Origin: Eledone cirrhosa
Lineage: Eukaryota
DNA length: 64,000 bases
Reading direction: 5' to 3'
Assembly (NCBI GenBank): GCA_964016885.1
Contig: OZ024740.1
Coordinates: forward strand, 52,948,001-53,012,000
A program made the translations under genes and the position numbers. The number at the start of each line of letters is the position of its first letter. Positions within the stretch are counted from its first letter, which is position 1. The notes beneath the pieces are model-generated. The model worked only from the letters and a program-made list of their open reading frames with translations, was not told the origin of the DNA and did no database searches. Shown piece after piece: positions 50,893-64,000 of this stretch.

Positions 50893-53233
50893 TTTCATAT
50901 TTTGGTTTCATACTTACTATTGTATAGAAAGTACTCTTCTTAATATATGTGCAATGTCTAATACTGCTATTTTCCGTATGCTGTGCATATTCCTAAATTC
51001 TAGTTATGAATATTTATTTGTGTCTATGTTCTTTAATCATTCTCAATGATAGGCCTAAGATCCTGGAGAGTGGAGCCTCACAAAATTCAGACAAAAAAAA
51101 AACAGCGAGAAATATTGTTACAAAGCAAGAAGAAAAAATATCATATAGACAAAGTAAAAAGATTAATAATCTTACAACAATAGCATATTAATTTCCAGCT
51201 AGGAGTAGTGTATAGAATACATATATTGGAAGGGGTAACTATATTTAAGAAATAGAACTGTGAACATTTAGACCATGTAAAATACTATGTATGTATGTTC
51301 TTTTGGTTTTAATATTTTATTTATTTTCACCAATAGAGAGTCGATTTCTAACATAGAAACAAAACTCTTACATTGGAATTTAGACTACATCAACTAGGTA
51401 AATATGCATGTCTGTACAAGATTGCGCGCGTGCATGTGTGTGTGCAGTTATCTGTGTGTGTGCAGGTATCTGTACATATGTATATGCAGTTATTACATGT
51501 AGTATTTCTGAAATATTTCACATATTTTTACAGTTCCACTAATGGGTTGTACTTACAACTTTCTAACTAGCTGTGCCCTTTCTGGTCTTGTGAAGCCCAG
51601 CTTCACTAGATTTAGTAGAGTCAGTTAGTAACACATCCCAGAGCCCCTACGACCACAGGTATAAATCTAAAGGTAGAGACAAGGTGAAGTATCTGCAGAA
51701 TCCTCATTAGTTCACCATAAATGTTATCGTTTTCGCCAATCTTTAACATTATATTATCATGTGCGGGGCCGCTGATTTCCACTAATGTGCACGCCTACTT
51801 TTCTTTGTCCCATATCACTATGTCTGGCCTGTTATATTTGCATTTTGACGGGAACATTCCACCAGCACTTTCATATTATGTATGCATATGCCCTCTACAT
51901 CACTAACTTTTTATGTTTATTATCAGGGCTATCCTTACTACGGATATAATTGTATAGTGTTTTGGACACCTGCTTCTGATGTGGGTGACATCTGAGATGT
52001 TTATTCCACAGAGTCTGCTCCTGTTGTCACATCTAGGTACTTTGCCCGAATCTCTATATATTGTGCATTAGGTATTTCGTTGTTTTGTCTTGTTATTGGA
52101 CTGCAAAAGCATATCTTCAAAGTGAGAGCCATTATACCGACGTTTGGTCCAAGATAGACTACCTTACTTATCTATATTACTCTCACTTTGAAGCTTTCTA
52201 GCAGCATTGCCTTGCATGCGTTTTTGCTGATAAGCATTCAGCCGTTCATCCATGGATTCATTGGGGTAGTAATGTGCAATTTCCCTGGGTGTAAATTGTT
52301 GGTTATCATGTAGCGATTATTTACCAAGAAGCTCCTTCCCAACTCTCATACTTTTATCTGCCTCAGACTTGTTCTATAGACTGTGGTTCGTAGATGTTGT
52401 CGGAGGGATATGATGCGACACTCAAATACTATTTGGACGGTTTACGTTTCAGATAGAGGCATCAATGTAACTGTTGGTATAAACATTTCCAGTACTGGTT
52501 AAAACTTTCCGGGTTTTAACACCAATGGCTCGGAACTCATCTAGCGACCAATCAAGTAGTCCAAATGTTAGGGTCAGTGCAAGTAAAGCAAAGGCAGTGT
52601 GCACCCCTGATTTATTGCACGCAGAGAGTTCAGAAGACCATATTTTTCTTATTCGATCGTTATTTTCCCTGGTTAGTCATTCCTTGTGACAAATACGTGG
52701 TTATGTATGTCTGTATGTATGTCAAAGGGCAAAGGAGCTCTTAAGAGTCAATGGCCATTCCTTATATATATAAGTATCTGTAGCAGTCCTCGTCAGATAC
52801 CGGTGAAAGAATCAGGCCATTGACAGAGCTGTTACTGGATTAGTTTGTAGTTTTTCCTCGCTTTACACTCATATAGGAATATTAATCCTGGCCAAACTTC
52901 ATTCTTACATCTTTCGAGAACACCGTAACCAGATCAAGGCTATTCTTCATACCATTTGTATTCTTCGCATAACATTTCAGGCCATCCACAAAGAAGCTGT
53001 GTTAGGTTTGTTTTTCTGGCTTGCGCTGAACCAATTATATATCCTTCATATTTCCTCAGCATAAAGGACAATGGTTTTACTGACAGTACAAATAGCAACA
53101 CAAAGAGACTATCTCCTTGAAATATACCCTCGCGACATTCTATTATATCAGTGACACTATAGTTCACCTTTTCTGTATTCAACTTCAGGATAGGGGCCCA
53201 GGAAGAAGATAGGTTCTCTGTGGCTCTAATAAT

Positions 53234-53448
53234 GATTTCTTATATAGGCACAAGGCCAGCAATTTTGGGGGAGGGGAAAGTCGATTAAATCGGTTCCAGT
53301 GCGTGACTGGTACTTTATTTTATCGACCCCGTAAAGATGAAGGCAAAGTTAAACTCGGCGGGATTTGAACTCAGATCATAAAGGGGCGTAACTCTATGCT
53401 GCAAAGCATGGCGTCCGACCCTCTACCGATATTGCCAATCCACCGCCC
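53234..53448 (-). mobile_element. SINE, full length
   Basis: GGGCGGTGGATTGGCA head and a B box, flanked by T(G/A)TG(G/A)CTCTAATAAT duplications. Confidence 0.88.
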
Positions 53449-53463
53449 TATGACTCTAATAAT

Positions 53464-53642
53464 TGTTTCTACTTTTGGCACAAGGCCAGCAATTATCCCA
53501 GTGTATTACTGGTACTTTATTTTATCGACCCCGTAAAGATGAAAGGCAAAGTTAACCTCGGCGGGATTTGAACTCAGAATGGCAAGGGACGTAACTCTAT
53601 GCGTCAAAGCATGGCGTCCGACCCTCTACCAATACTGCCAAT
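53464..53642 (-). mobile_element. SINE, tandem with the previous copy
   Basis: Same family, slightly 5'-truncated. Confidence 0.85.
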
Positions 53643-54202
53643 ATTATTATTAGAGCCCTATGGCTCTAATAATAATATCTAGCAAGTCGAAGGGCCTGTA
53701 GCATCCAAGAATGGAGATCAGAATCGAATGTATTTCAGTAGTCCAGTCAGACTTTATCTAACTTCCTCCCATGTCACCACACCTATAAAATCGTGGTTTT
53801 GTTGATTAGGAGTTGTTCAGCACCCCAAACTCCGTTATTCCCAGATGTTTGCTCATTTGTGATGTTTTTGTCATTGTCAGAGTGATCCCAGAGGAATAGG
53901 TTGAAACAGCCTGTATACACTTTAATAGTTTTTATGTTTAGATTTCACCAGTATTCCATTCAGCAACCAGTCTTAACATATTCTTTCCCATTTGTTGTTA
54001 TTCTTCCGTAAATGCATTTCAGCTTGTTCTGTCTGCCACATCACGCCCCACGAGGAGGTAATTACAGGAAGGCACAATTGACAATAATGTGGCTAACCAC
54101 TTTGGTCTCTGATTTGCACGGACTACATTGCTCAGAACAGAACTATCCATTAAGATGGGATGTTATGAACTTGTCGGAACACCATTTATGTATGTATGTA
54201 TG

Positions 54203-54365
54203 TTTTCTCTTTCTCTTAATTTCGAGTATATTTTTTTGACCGGCCACCTTCCTGGTGGCAAGGTTGTAAAAGAAAAGAAATTGTCATCCCTTGAATCGCA
54301 AGAATGTTTTGCATATTTTGAAGGTGCCAGCTATCGCAGCCATTTGTAGACTATGAATTAGGGAG
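54203..54365 (-). mobile_element. Short 3' fragment of R4/Dong family B inside (TATG)n
   Basis: Near-identical to 55966-56129 (SLIHSLQMAAIAGTFKICKTFL). (TATG)n lies on both sides. Confidence 0.8.
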
Positions 54366-54430
54366 TATGTATGTATGTATGTATGTATGTATGTATGTAT
54401 GTATGTATGTATGTATGTATGTATGTATGT

Positions 54431-55225
54431 ATGAAGGATTCTAGAATACCAAAACAACTCTTTTATGGAGAGTTGGTTAAAGGAAAACGACCGCCACATA
54501 AACCAAAAAAGAGGTATAAGGATTCCTTGAAAGCCTCTCTGAAAGACGCTAACATCTCTGCTGATACATGGGAGAATATTGCTGCTGAACGTAATAAATG
54601 GAGAAAGACTGTATATGAGGGAAAAGTTGCCTTTGAGGCATCTCGAATCGCATACGAGAAAGTAAAGCGGGATGTGAGGAAGGGCATTGCTGTTGCACTT
54701 CCGGACGGCGAGGGTCCTCCTATGGCGCTGATATTCAGCGTCTGTGCGAGACTCTGCCTAAGCAAAGCTGGACTCGAAAGTCATCTTCGCAGTCATAAAG
54801 TAAGACCAGTGGTTGACTACCAGGCTGCTGTTGGAGATGCTACTCATCATGCTTGCCAAACATGTGGTAGAGAATGTAAATCAGCAGGAAGGCTCAAGCG
54901 ACATGCAAAAGTACACAAACTCCAACCACAGCCGACTATTCTCAGTGAATGTTTTGGTTGCCGACTCTGTGCAAGACATTTTAGATCATTGGCTGGGCTA
55001 AAAAGCCACATTCGATCGCAGCGCTGTTAGTTGCTATCGTGTGTGTGTGTTTGTGTAGATATGCTTATGTGTGTGCGTGTGTGTGTATATATATATATGT
55101 ATATGTATATTATTATTGTTGTTGTCGTTATTATTATTGTTGTTATGATTATTATTATTATTATTGTTATTAATGTATGTGTGTGTGTATATGTGTGTGT
55201 GAGTGTGTGTGTGTGTGTATATGTG

Positions 55226-55256
<31 letters not shown>

Positions 55257-55267
55257 CTTTTTTTATT

Positions 55268-55300
<33 letters not shown>

Positions 55301-55437
55301 TTTTTTTTTTCCTTTCTGCTCGTGCAATGGCCATACTCGATAACGAGGGGGAAGCCATCATCATGTATGTATGTATGTATGTATGTATGTATGTATGTAT
55401 GTATGTATGTATGTATGTATGTATGTATGTATGTATG
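54431..55437 (+). mobile_element. RTE LINE 3' fragment with three C2H2-type fingers
   Basis: MKDSRIPKQLFYGELVKGKRPPHKPKKRYKDSLKASLK (RTE/BovB-like C-terminus) followed by three fingers, with the stop at 55030. The terminal stem-loop is at 55321-55362, then the (ATGT)n tail. Confidence 0.88.
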
Positions 55438-55965
55438 TCAAAGGGCAAAGGAGCTCTTAAGAGTCAATGGCCATCCAAAATCACCGGGAGGGATGACCCC
55501 TTAGCCTTTGTCAAGGCAGAATTCTAGGAGGAGGAAAACTCTGATATAGCACCTGCAACCCTGATGGTATCCAATGATGTTGACTTATTCTTCTTTTTGG
55601 TAAATATCATCTTGGTTAAGAGAGTGGGACTGGCTTTGTGCAGTGCCTTTGCTCACTATAAAAGCTTCACGGCACAGGCATTGCTTTATATCTGGAGATC
55701 TCTCTGCACTTGTCGTCACATGGTACCATGGGCCCAGCACTATGTGTCAATAATTGTCACAAGTGTAGTGTTTGTACCAGAGTTTTCAAGTCGCTAGCTG
55801 GACTAAAAAGTCACACTCGTTCAGCGCATCAGTAGGGGTTCTCCTACATGGATATAAAGTAGTGGCCGTACTCGAAAACGAGTTGGCAGCCACCATGTAT
55901 GTATGTATGTATGTATGTATGTATGTATGTATGTATGTATGTATGTATGTATGTATGTATGTATG
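55438..55965 (+). mobile_element. Bipartite RTE-derived element, family B
   Basis: A 5'-UTR-like part (CTAGGAGGAGGAAAACTCTGA) is joined at ~55790 to [14 protein letters not shown]. It ends in CTCG-AAAA-CGAG and (ATGT)n. Confidence 0.65.
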
Positions 55966-56568
55966 TTATTTCTTTCTCTTAATTTCGAGTATATTTTTTT
56001 TGACCGGCCACCTTCCTGGTGGCAAGGTTGTAAAAGAAAAGAAATTGTCATCCCCTGAATCGCAAGAATGTTTTGCAAATTTTGAAGGTGCCAGCTATCG
56101 CAGCCATTTGTAGACTATGAATTAGGGAGCTGCGCTTTTTGTCGGCAAATCCAAGTTCAGTCATACTTTCGTTCAAACGGGTTCGTATATAACCCGTAGT
56201 TCCAATAATGATGGGTATGAAGCTAAAGGTGTATCTTGGATACTGGATTTGCAAACTCCTCATCAATGGTCCGTAGATATCCCCCTTCTCCTGTATTTTT
56301 CTGACAACGTTTACATCAAGTGGGCAGCTGATCTCCACAACAGAACACGTTTTCAATGTGTGGTCCCAAACAACAATATCAGGCCGGTTGTGCTTTAATT
56401 TGGTGGCAGTTTTTATTTTCAGGTTCCACCAGTATTCCTTAGTGCCACCTGTCTCAATATATTCTTCCTAGTTTGTTGTTAATTTTGTTTTCCGAAGTGC
56501 ATTCCAGATGGTTCTAGCTATCCCATCGTGTCTCATGGGGAGGTAGTAGCGAGATGACATTCTTTCGC

Positions 56569-56569
<1 letters not shown>
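55966..56569 (-). mobile_element. 3' fragment of R4/Dong family B (RLE domain) inside (TATG)n
   Basis: [24 protein letters not shown] and CSVVEISCPLD. (TATG)n lies on both sides. Confidence 0.85.
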
Positions 56570-56599
<30 letters not shown>

Positions 56600-56636
56600 T
56601 GTATGTATGTATGTATGTATGTATGTATGTATGTAT

Positions 56637-56764
56637 GTCGCTGGCTGGACTAAAAAGTCACACTCGTTCAGCGCATCGGTAGGGGTTCTCCTACATGGAT
56701 ATAAAATAGTGGCCGTACTCGAAAACGAGTTGGCAGCCACCATGTGTCTATGTATGTATGTATG
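56637..56764 (+). mobile_element. RTE family B 3' terminus
   Basis: Duplicate of 55790-55900. Confidence 0.75.
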
Positions 56765-56939
56765 CATGTGCTTGTGAATATGTTATGTATGTCTATATAT
56801 GTATAATATAAATAGAAACAGCAAATAATTGCAATTGATGCCTCTGTATTTCACTGAAAAATTAGCAGATCATTTAGTAACTTGAATTATACATACAGAC
56901 AAGTAAACACTTAAAATAGATAATCCATATATATATATA

Positions 56940-57005
<66 letters not shown>

Positions 57006-57379
57006 TATATATATAGTATATTTGCTTAATTAAAAACATTTTGAAGACCTTACGCTTTTACTTTTAAGTAGTGACCATCTCACTTCTTTTTTCAACAAAC
57101 AAAATTGGAGATAAGCTGACAGATCTGTTTCACACTGTTGGTGATCATCAGAGCTTAGCACTCGCCGATGTTTGTTGAAAATTATAGATGCTGGATTCTT
57201 ATAGAATGCCAGTAATAATATATATATATGTATATATATGTATGTGTATATATATAAAAATATACACACACACATACACCTACATACACACAAACACACA
57301 CATATATATATATATACATATATATATATACATTCATATATAAGATCCTTGTTTTCCCCAACCCCTGCTAAACTAACAT

Positions 57380-57800
57380 ACTGATTAATTCACTTTAGTC
57401 GAGTGACGCTATAAAATGGTTGGCGACCAGTGAACGTCTAGCAACATTCCAGATGCCCGTGCCCAATCTTGGTCTTCCTTTGGCCCAGGAACCCGGTCAA
57501 AGAGACTGTAAGGAGTCATACGCGTTTATTGTTAAGGAATGTCGGCAAGTGACACAGTCACAGCGCATGCCGCATACTGACCACCATGTAGACAACAAAT
57601 GGACCATCTAACAAGCGGAACTTCTCTCTTCCACAAGAAGCGGAAGTGCAGAGGCTCCAATCTGGGAATATGGGAACCAGGGTAAAGAACGCCGATTAAG
57701 CGGTTGACGATGACTGAGCCGATGACGGATCCGATGTAGGCATTCGCTTTTGCTACAGCTTTCATGGGCAGCTTCATCTTTGCTCACGTCTAGGTTTTCA
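57380..57800 (-). pseudogene. L1/Tx1-like LINE ORF2 remnant
   Basis: KL..KA...ANAYI..VI..RL...P......LE.L.FRFLWK...PLVR.SICC..GG resembles the post-RT region of Tx1/L1 ORF2. Recognised by eye. Confidence 0.5.
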
Positions 57801-58554
57801 TCAAAAGATATGTATATTAGTTAAACAGCCACAAAGAAATATGTAACTGAGGGTTTTATATGCCTTATCATTTATAGCAGCATCTTAAAAAGGATGTGCT
57901 CACATTCACTGCATCGACTAAAAAGAGAGATAATAATGGATAATTTGTTTCAATTAACATGGAAATGACTAAATTTAACATATTTACAAGTGTTCAATGT
58001 ATAAATTTATATACACATTCACGTGGTTTCGGTTACCTCCACAGTGACTGAGTATGGGATGTAAATTTATCGTAAACTTTGGGCTGTTTAGCACACAGTT
58101 AAATGCACTTATAATTACGAACATTAGCACTAATAGTATATAAAAATAAATAGGTCCATTTCAATGATATACTATAAGTGATAGGATTCATAAGTTTCTC
58201 AGTTACATATTTCCTTTTCGTTGTTTAGCTAATATATATATCTACGGATGAGACCCCAAAAGGTTTGGAATTCGATTGAATGATATTTATCAATTTTTGA
58301 ATTTACAAAGAAATACATAAAATTGGAATGTACACATATCTAGATACTTAATGTGGAAAATTATATTCACATTTATGCTGTTTCAGTTGCTTCTGTACTG
58401 TATATATATATAGAGAGAGAGGTAAATTCACTACCATAATATATGTACACACACACACGCACACACACAAACACACACATATATATACATATATATATAT
58501 GTATCTTATGTACATATATGAAATATATATATTATGAAATATGTATGTCTTGCT

Positions 58555-59434
58555 AATAAAAACACTTATTAGCAAGACATACCCTTTTCAAAGACCTCCC
58601 TGTATAGATAAGAAATGTATAATCTGTAAATTAAGCCCCCATATTAACTGTAAAACTAGAAATGTAGTATATAGCATAAGATGTACTGAAGGACAATGTA
58701 GAGATAAAAATATAGTGTACATAGGTGAGACAGCTCGAAGTATAGGGGAACGGATAAATGAACACTGGCGAGACCTTCAAGATAGTAAAGAATCATCTGT
58801 ACTCTACCAACATGCTAAAATAGAACATAAGGGTAAATTAGAGAACATAGAAATAAAAATAGAATCTACACACAGAAAAGACGCAATGTTTAGACAAATC
58901 ACAGAGGCAATAAACATAAATGAATTACAACCAAAATTAAATAGAAAACATCAGTGGAACAGCAACATCACAACTTACAATTAAGGACAAAATGAAAACA
59001 CACACGCACATAGATCAAACAACCAACCAGTAACATGTAAATAAACAAATAAATAAACGAATATAAACACACACAGACACCCGGATGTAACACATGCGCA
59101 AACTAAGCACACAACACACACACAAAAACAAGATGGCGTAGGACAGAACAAAAGAGAGGCACAAAAAACAAAGAAAAGAACCCCCAGTCACTGAAGAGGT
59201 CACAGAATGTGTGACGAAAGAACTTTGACAATATATAAACAACCATCTGGTTGTGGAACCAACCAACCGGGAATTTATAAATTCCTAAATTTATAAATTT
59301 ATTATAATAAATTGAAGTGAAAGCAGCTGGTGCGTGTTTTTCTTATTGGCAACATGACCCTCCCAAAGTATAACAATATCGGTTTCAACACACGTTTTCA
59401 GATAAAGAATCTTGCTAAACAAATTCAGAAACGA
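58555..59434 (+). mobile_element. Fragment of a second Naiad/Neptune-type PLE: GIY-YIG, 3' UTR with HHR, and the start of the next ORF
   Basis: CIDKKCIIC..NVVYSIRC..YIGETARSIGERINEH, with the stop at 58984. The ATG at 59354 gives MTLPKYNNIGFNTRFQIKNLAK, homologous to the ORF start at 14665. Confidence 0.88.
59187..59229 (+). ncRNA. Minimal HHR in the PLE 3' UTR
   Basis: GUCA CUGAAGA G GUCAC-AGAAUGU-GUGAC GAAAG AA CUU UGAC. Confidence 0.78.
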
Positions 59435-59447
59435 AATATATATATAT

Positions 59448-59507
<60 letters not shown>

Positions 59508-59932
59508 GTATGTGTGTGTATATTTGTATATGTGTATGTTTGTGTGAGTGTATTTCCTCATAGGAGTCAGTTAGTAAAGAAGAAGGTAAATATATACATA
59601 CATGCACATAATCATATATACACATATATACTTATATACTTATAAACACATACAAAATGCATGTACGTCTCCCATTATATATGTATGTGTATGGGTTTGT
59701 ATGTGAGGGGTTTATCAACACAATGTATACGTAAAGCCTATCAATTAAAGTTACATACACACAATATGAACTTCGGATCACACACGGCTTATGCGTTCTC
59801 ATCTCTGATTAACACGAGCTCGGTAATAAGTACTTGTCTATCATCTATGTTTCTCTGTCAACGGTAAATTTAAGAAAACAATGTTGGCAGATGAAAACCA
59901 ACTTATTTCAATTAGTCATCAAAATATACAGA

Positions 59933-60832
<900 letters not shown>

Positions 60833-60921
60833 TTAATAACTCCGGAAATCCTTTTTGTGGAGTGCTTTTAATCTATTGTGAAACTTTATTCATTGATTTA
60901 TTCATTGAACCTTGTTTAACC

Positions 60922-60985
<64 letters not shown>

Positions 60986-61289
60986 CACATATATATACCC
61001 CCCCCCCACACACATATATATATATATTTATATATATATAAGTTTTTTTTACACAAAATGGCTGTGGAAACTAAATGTAGTTATTATGTGGGCTGACTTC
61101 CTGAAAATCGTGTTAACTATTATATCAGAGGAAATAACGAATGCTGGGATTTTAAACATCAAAGTAGCCGCTACTGGTATCATTTCTCACACAACAAGAA
61201 AGATGGTGAAGACAAAACAAACACAAACAAATAAACAAACAAATAATAATAATGATGATAAAATAATACTAATGCCGATGATGATGGAA

Positions 61290-61338
<49 letters not shown>

Positions 61339-61938
61339 TTTAAAAAAATTGATGATTTCTGTTATTATTATCATCATCATTAGTAATGATAATAGTAATA
61401 ATAATAATGAGAATAATAAAAGTAAAAATACAAGCACACACTAGCATTCATAATCAACGAATGTTCGTTCATTCGAGGGATTTTACTGACAAGCGCCGAT
61501 ATAAACCTTTCGTACGTTCATTGTTCGTGTGGTAGGCGGAAGTGAAAACAAAAAAAACAAAACAGGAAAATAACAATAAATAAATAAATAAAGATAGATG
61601 AAGAAAAGGGAGGGAGAGAGAGATTGGGTTAGAGGCGGACAGCTATTTGTGAGTTCACTGATAGTACTTCAGGGGGTTGTGTGCACGAAATTAGTCTCTT
61701 TTGTGTGAGTGAGGTAAGGTTCTGATTTAAGTATTACATAGGGAAACGTTAACACCTTGATTTAGCACAGCGGATCCTGACAGGATAAGCACAAGAGAGG
61801 AGAGGGTACATAAACGGACAAGTATACACGTGCACTGACACTCACAAACTCGGGCATAGACATACACACTTAAATAAACGCGTTTATGCACACACACACA
61901 CACGTAAATACAAATATCTACATACATGTATATATATA

Positions 61939-62026
<88 letters not shown>

Positions 62027-62074
62027 TATATATAAATATTTGAGTGTGTATGTGTATATATATGTATATATGTA

Positions 62075-62144
<70 letters not shown>

Positions 62145-62299
62145 TGTATGTATATATATACATATATATATATATAGACAGAGAGAGAGAGAGAGAAAGA
62201 CATATTTATTAATAAATATAAATACTCTTCAAATATATTGACTATACGCCTCCTGTAAGAGTCACCAAATTTGTTCTATATATTCGACACACACACACG

Positions 62300-62425
<126 letters not shown>

Positions 62426-62499
62426 TATAAATACATACATAGAAAGATACATAGATAGATAGATAGATATTAAACCCTCCAGTAACCATTTCGTTCTAT

Positions 62500-63835
62500 C
62501 CGATAGAACTAACAACTTATATGAACTTGATCCTACCACCTTCAGTCAATTACTAGACAAGTCAATACAATCTAAATATGAGAAAGCCGATCCGTCGATA
62601 AGGCCCTGGACTTTCCCGGTAGATTAAGTGACATACATGACTTGGAACAACTGGTAAAATCCTTCTCTTCAACAGGGGTGAGACCTGAATTAAGAAATTT
62701 GCGACAAACGACTGCTTTGATATTTCTATGGGATTGTTTGACAGCGCGGAAATTTGCAATTTCGTGGGGCTCTGTATCTTGGATACCTTACGCAGTAAAT
62801 TGCCGGATTTCCAGACGGGTTTATGCCAGGACGATGGTCTGGTCCTTACAAGCCATTAAAATGGCCACAACCTCGATACCTTTATGGAAGAGTTAATCAT
62901 TACTTTTAGTGAACTAGGGCTAAAAATCACTGTATCCACCAACCTTACTAGTGTTAACTTCTTAGATTTCAACCTAGGCCTATGTACACACTCCCATAAA
63001 TCCTTCCATAAGACTAGCGAAAACCTTAGATACTTCACAAGAACTCTTACCAAATATTCAGTTAAGAATATTCAAATATTTAGTTAAGAATATCAACAAG
63101 CGGATCTCTAACCTCTCTTCTAACTAAATAATTTTCGATAGGGCAACCGGCTACTATAATACAGCCTTACGCGATAGCGGCTTCTCCGAGAATACTTCCT
63201 ACTCCAGTCCACTCCCCAAATACTAATAGGAAAAAAACCTAGAAATCAACCAAAATCTGGTTCTCTCCTCTTTCCTCTTGAAATGTCAAAACTAATGTCG
63301 GGAAAAAACACACACTTCTTCCTAGGACACAAATACCATTAGATCTTTAATCCTCATAAGATCAAAATTGGATACTCCTATGCCAGGAACATAAAGTCAT
63401 GCCTCTTGCATAAAGAACAGTGCCCCCAAAATATATGGATGTTCTTGTAGACAACCTGGGTCATGCCCACTGGTGATAATATACGAAGCTGAGGTCTCTC
63501 TATTGAATCAACACCATCAAAACAAATCCTGGAAATACGTCGGTATGCTAAAGAGCGGTTTAAAAATCTCATCCTCAATCATGAAACGACTTTTAGATAC
63601 TCAAATAAAAAACAAACAAACATTAAGTTTGGCAAATTAGATATGTCAACTCAATGACAAGAACAGAATTTTCTATCAAATAGAAAATACTAGAAAAAAT
63701 CTCGACTACACATAAATGGGCTCAAGGTTTGCAGGTTATGCAATGACGAGAAATGGTGGATATTGAATAATCTTCACAACAATAACGAACCTCTTATCAC
63801 ATGTAAAGTGTTCTCGCGATGTTCTCACGTTTAAA
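62500..63835 (+). pseudogene. Decayed Penelope-type PLE (RT to GIY-YIG C-terminus)
   Basis: FDISMGLFDSAEICNFVGL, GLCQDDGL, VNFLDFNL, ALRDSGF, FKNLILNHETTFR and CRLCNDEK, with many lesions. Confidence 0.75.
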
Positions 63836-64000
63836 GAACTGGCCTCCTTAATAATGATTTACATTTTTTAATCTAATGATTTTTTTCTTGTTCCCTAATA
63901 ATTATTAACTAATTTAGCGTTTGCTCCCCTCATTTCGGTCAAGTTGTCTCTCCTAAAACACCCAGGTTATCTTCCCTTGATTTGCGGCTCTTCTCTCTTT

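Larger units (their letters stand above)
51298..54000 (-). mobile_element. Second, more decayed copy of R4/Dong family A
   Basis: Collinear similarity to 23347-25700, including GIFQGDSL and the same 3' end after (TATG)n. It is interrupted by two SINEs, and the 5' boundary is approximate. Confidence 0.8.

Overview
AT-rich animal genomic DNA, full of microsatellites, with no host gene I can support. The SINEs and repeat landscape look cephalopod/octopus-like, which is an inference. The window is a nest of retroelements. (1) A near-complete Penelope-like element (PLE; Naiad/Neptune-type RT + GIY-YIG) with a 1.26-kb pseudo-LTR lies at 10570-15952(-), with other PLE remnants elsewhere. (2) R4/Dong-clade non-LTR elements (RT-CCHC-RLE) sit in (TAA)n and (CATA)n tracts. 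(3) RTE LINE 3' ends carry several C2H2 fingers and (ATGT)n tails. (4) tRNA-derived SINEs and a hAT MITE are present; one MITE copy has grown a 37-bp minisatellite. The main signal that the ORF track misses is RNA structure: about 20 intact or degenerate type I hammerhead ribozyme (HHR) motifs. They include a retrozyme-like tandem array of ~430-bp HHR units (15953-17822), many fold-back or direct-repeat mini-cassettes embedded in (TA)n, and several HHRs whose core carries a compensatory U3:A8 pair (UUGANAA instead of CUGANGA). All folds were read by eye and none is experimentally tested. Most ORFs in the track are microsatellite artefacts.
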